Shown piece by piece: positions 61,234 through 64,000 of a stretch of 64,000 bases of DNA. Below the pieces are notes generated by a model. It was given only the letters and a program-made list of their open reading frames with translations. It was not told the DNA's origin and searched no databases. The number at the start of each line of letters is the position of its first letter. The stretch's first letter is position 1. The stretch comes from an uncultured Gemmatimonadales bacterium (GTDB lineage: Bacteria; Gemmatimonadota; Gemmatimonadetes; Gemmatimonadales; GWC2-71-9): the NCBI GenBank assembly GCA_963828735.1, contig CAWHFW010000002.1, positions 992,881 through 1,056,880 on the forward strand, in the 5' to 3' direction. The translations under genes were made by a program, and so were the position numbers.

Positions 61234-62390
61234 TCAGATTTCAGACCACGAGCCCCATCGTCCCCGTTGCAGGTTCGTTCGGGCCGTCTCGGCGCCTACC
61301 GTAGCGAACAGCCGCTCGTACTCGGCGGCGATCCGCGGCGCCGCGAATTGGCGCACACGCTCGACGCCGCGTCGCCCGAGCTCGGCCGCCAGCTCGGGAT
61401 CGGCCGTCAGCCTGATGATGGCTGCGCGCAACGCGGGCACGTCTCCCGGCGGCACCGTCAGCGCCGCGTCCCCCACGACCTCGGCACAGCCGGGCGCATT
61501 GGTCGTCACGACCGCGCAGCCATGCGCCATCGCCTCCAGCAGGACCATCGGGAAATTCTCCTGCGCCGAAGGGAAGGCGAAAATTCGCGCGGTCGCGTAG
61601 TGACGAGCGAGCTCGGCCCGGGACACGAAGCCGAGGAACCGGGTCGGGACGCCTCGGTCGCGCGCCATCGTCCGCAGCGGCTCGAGATATGGACCGTCGC
61701 CCGCCACCACCACCTCGTAGCCAGTTGTCAGACCGTCGAGGGCGGCGAGCAGGGTCTGCACGCCTTTGCGCTCGACCAGCCAGAGTCGCCACCAGGATCC
61801 GGTCCGCGCGTGTCTCGATCGGCTCATCGAGCAGCGGCTCGAACGGGTTTGGGATGATCGTGATCGGACGCTCGGTCGCGGTGGCGAGCAAGCCCGCGAG
61901 ATAGGCCGATGGCACGGTCAGGGCGGCGCTGGATGCGAGGACCCGCGACCAGGCATGGGCGATCAGCCGATGCGTGCCACCGAAGCGGTCGGGATTGTAG
62001 CCTGGAACATCCGAGCCGTGCGCTGTCAGGACCAGCGGCAGCTTGAATCGCCTCGCCAGGATGGCCGCGACGACACCACCGGGAACTATGAAATGGCAGT
62101 GGATGAGGTCGTAGGCGTGCCTGCGCGCCAGCGTGGCGCCCAGGCGCAAGGCCGGCACGATCCACGTCGCCAGCTCGCTGGTGGTGCTGTAGTGCCGCCG
62201 GCGGCGCCAGGAGGGAGCGCGATGAATCGCACCCGCGGCGGAACTCGTGGCGTGGGAGGCCACGCATCCCCGCGGTAAGGATATCGACCTGATGGCCATT
62301 GCCCGCCAGCCGCTCGGCGAGGATCTCGCTGGCCGTGGCCCCGCCCCCGCCGATCGGTGGGTATTCGTGACAGATTGTTAAGATTTGCAT
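61234..62390 (-). pseudogene. GT4 glycosyltransferase split over three frames
   Basis: HEYPPIGGGG / HCHFIVP..TAHGSDVPGY / LVERKG..ENFPMVLLEAMA in successive ORFs. Confidence 0.8.
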
Positions 62391-62956
62391 GCAGGTTTAC
62401 CGTCACAATGACATCCGGCATTCGACCACCCGAAATTTCCGGCCGGCGGGATCCACAGGGCCGAACCGGCCACCAGGGCGAGACCGAGGCACGGTGCGAG
62501 CAGGCCGGGGCTCGGCTGGCCGCGCTGGTCGAGGTAACCGAAGGTGGCGAAGAACGCGAGGGCGGCAGTGGTTGCTGCGGTCATGTCCTGCATCCCTTCG
62601 TGCGCCATTCTGCTTGAGGTGCACCTTCCCGACACAACTCTACATGCTGTTTCCGTAAGGGAAAGCTCCCGCTTTGGGTGCGGGCTGCCAATATCGCAAT
62701 ATTCAGGCGATCTTCAACCTGAAAGCGTACAGCGATGTTCAGCTAGGTAATTGAAAATCTATCGAGGAAGCTTTGGAACCAAATGGGTTTGATTAACTTT
62801 CGGTTACATCCTGATCCGCTTTGTGCGTGCTGCTGGGGACACGGCGCACTTTTGAGGTGAAGGATTCACGTCGGGATAGGGCTGTTCACTGGGACTCCGG
62901 CTCTCAAGCTTGGCGCTGCGGCCAGAGCTGGCCACAGGCCGCAGAACGTTGGAAAC

Positions 62957-63410
62957 ATGACCATGAGCGTGGCAACGTCAATGATCGGCAGCATGACACT
63001 CCGCAGGCGGGCCGCAGGACATCGACCGTCATGTCGGGGCACGGATGCGCGAGCGGCGCATGATGCTGGGCCTGACCCAGCAGCAGATGGCCGAGCTGAT
63101 CGGGGTCACCTACCAGCAGGCGCACAAGTACGAGAAGGGCATCAACCGGATCGCCGCCGGCCGGCTGAGCACGATCGCCCAGGCTTTGGGGGTCGAGGTC
63201 TCCTACTTCTTCGAGAATGCAGAAGCCGATCAGGCGAGCGTCGAGCCCAGCCCGCAGCAGCGCCTGCTGCTCGAGCTGGCGCGCAGCTTCGTGGCCATGC
63301 CGAGCCGCAAGCACCAGGAGGCGATCTGCAATCTCGCCCGCGTGCTGGCCAACCACGATCTGGGCGACGCTCTCGACACGGCAATCGAGGACCAGGCCAC
63401 CGCCGCCTGA
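62957..63410 (+). CDS. XRE-family HTH transcriptional regulator (frameshift near 63012)
   Basis: DIDRHVGARMRERR..LGLTQQQMAELIGVTYQQAHKYEKGINRI..RL. Confidence 0.85.
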
Positions 63411-63531
63411 CCAGCCCCGGTGCTCGGGCTGGTCCGAGTACCGGCGCCCTGAGTTCGATCATGCTCGCCACAATGTCAGCGAAGGCGAGCGCCATCGTGT
63501 AGTCTGCATCGTCCGCCGCAGGAGGCACGTC

Positions 63532-64000
63532 ATGGCGCACGACGGCATCGCGCTACGCGATCGTTTCCAGGACGTCGTCACCAGCGAGGCGGAGCTGCGC
63601 GCGATCGTCGGGCAGCCGCGCAGCGTCTTGGTCGATAAGGTCGTGCGGGTGATCGACGAGCATTGCCGGCGCTTCATCACGCACGCACCTTTTGTCTTCG
63701 TGGCATCGGCCGGAGCTGACGGCATGATCGATGTCTCGCCAAAGGGCGATCCCGCCGGCTTCGTCAAGGTTCTAGACGAGAACACCATCGCGATCCCGGA
63801 CCGGCTCGGCGATCGCGACTCGATACCTATTGCAACGTGCTGCAAAATCGAATGTCGGGCTGATCTTCGTAATCCCAGGGAATCACCCATACGCTGCGCA
63901 TCAGCGGCAAGGCGATCATCGTGCGCGACCTTGAGCTTCGCCAATCCTTGACCGTCAACAGCAAGCTGCCCGAGCACGTGCTCGTCGTCGCGGTCGAGCA
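63532..64000 (+). CDS. Pyridoxamine 5'-phosphate oxidase-family FMN-binding protein (partial, frameshifted after ~63810)
   Basis: GGAGG RBS; CRRFI..APF, DVSPKGDP.GFV.VLD..IPDR.G; TLRISG.A in another frame. Confidence 0.82.

Overview
High-GC bacterial DNA. Bases 1-~59,530 read as a coherent, gene-dense chromosome segment whose gene set and protein style suggest Gemmatimonadota (inference, no search run). In order it holds: (i) a poly-HAMP sensor gene built from 276-bp repeats that runs off the left edge, plus a hybrid kinase and an HD-GYP regulator; (ii) a MoxR/DUF58/DUF4350/DUF4129 operon facing an RDD-SpoIIM fusion; (iii) housekeeping genes rho, ruvX, mltG, thiE, aroH, rlmI-like, tdh, kbl, mpg and an NYN protein; (iv) a sigma54-driven signalling cassette divergent from a ~14-kb surface-glycan cluster; (v) an NtrY/NtrX-like pair with an Omp85-like barrel; (vi) HNH, argR, amidohydrolase, PBP1A and tyrS. 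Right after tyrS the sequence switches to frameshift-rich, Alphaproteobacteria-like DNA (decayed IS256 cutting ihfB, AbrB/AT-hook protein, GT4, XRE, PPOX), which is either an island or an assembly chimera. The most interesting unexplained signals are a ~194-nt rod-shaped structured RNA candidate (23197-23390), a recurrent leaderless -10/ATG architecture, a stand-alone 60-aa HisKA micro-protein, a sigma54-promoter His-rich micro-protein, and a polymerase-less glycan locus containing a GlpD-like oxidoreductase. All family calls come from motif recognition by eye.
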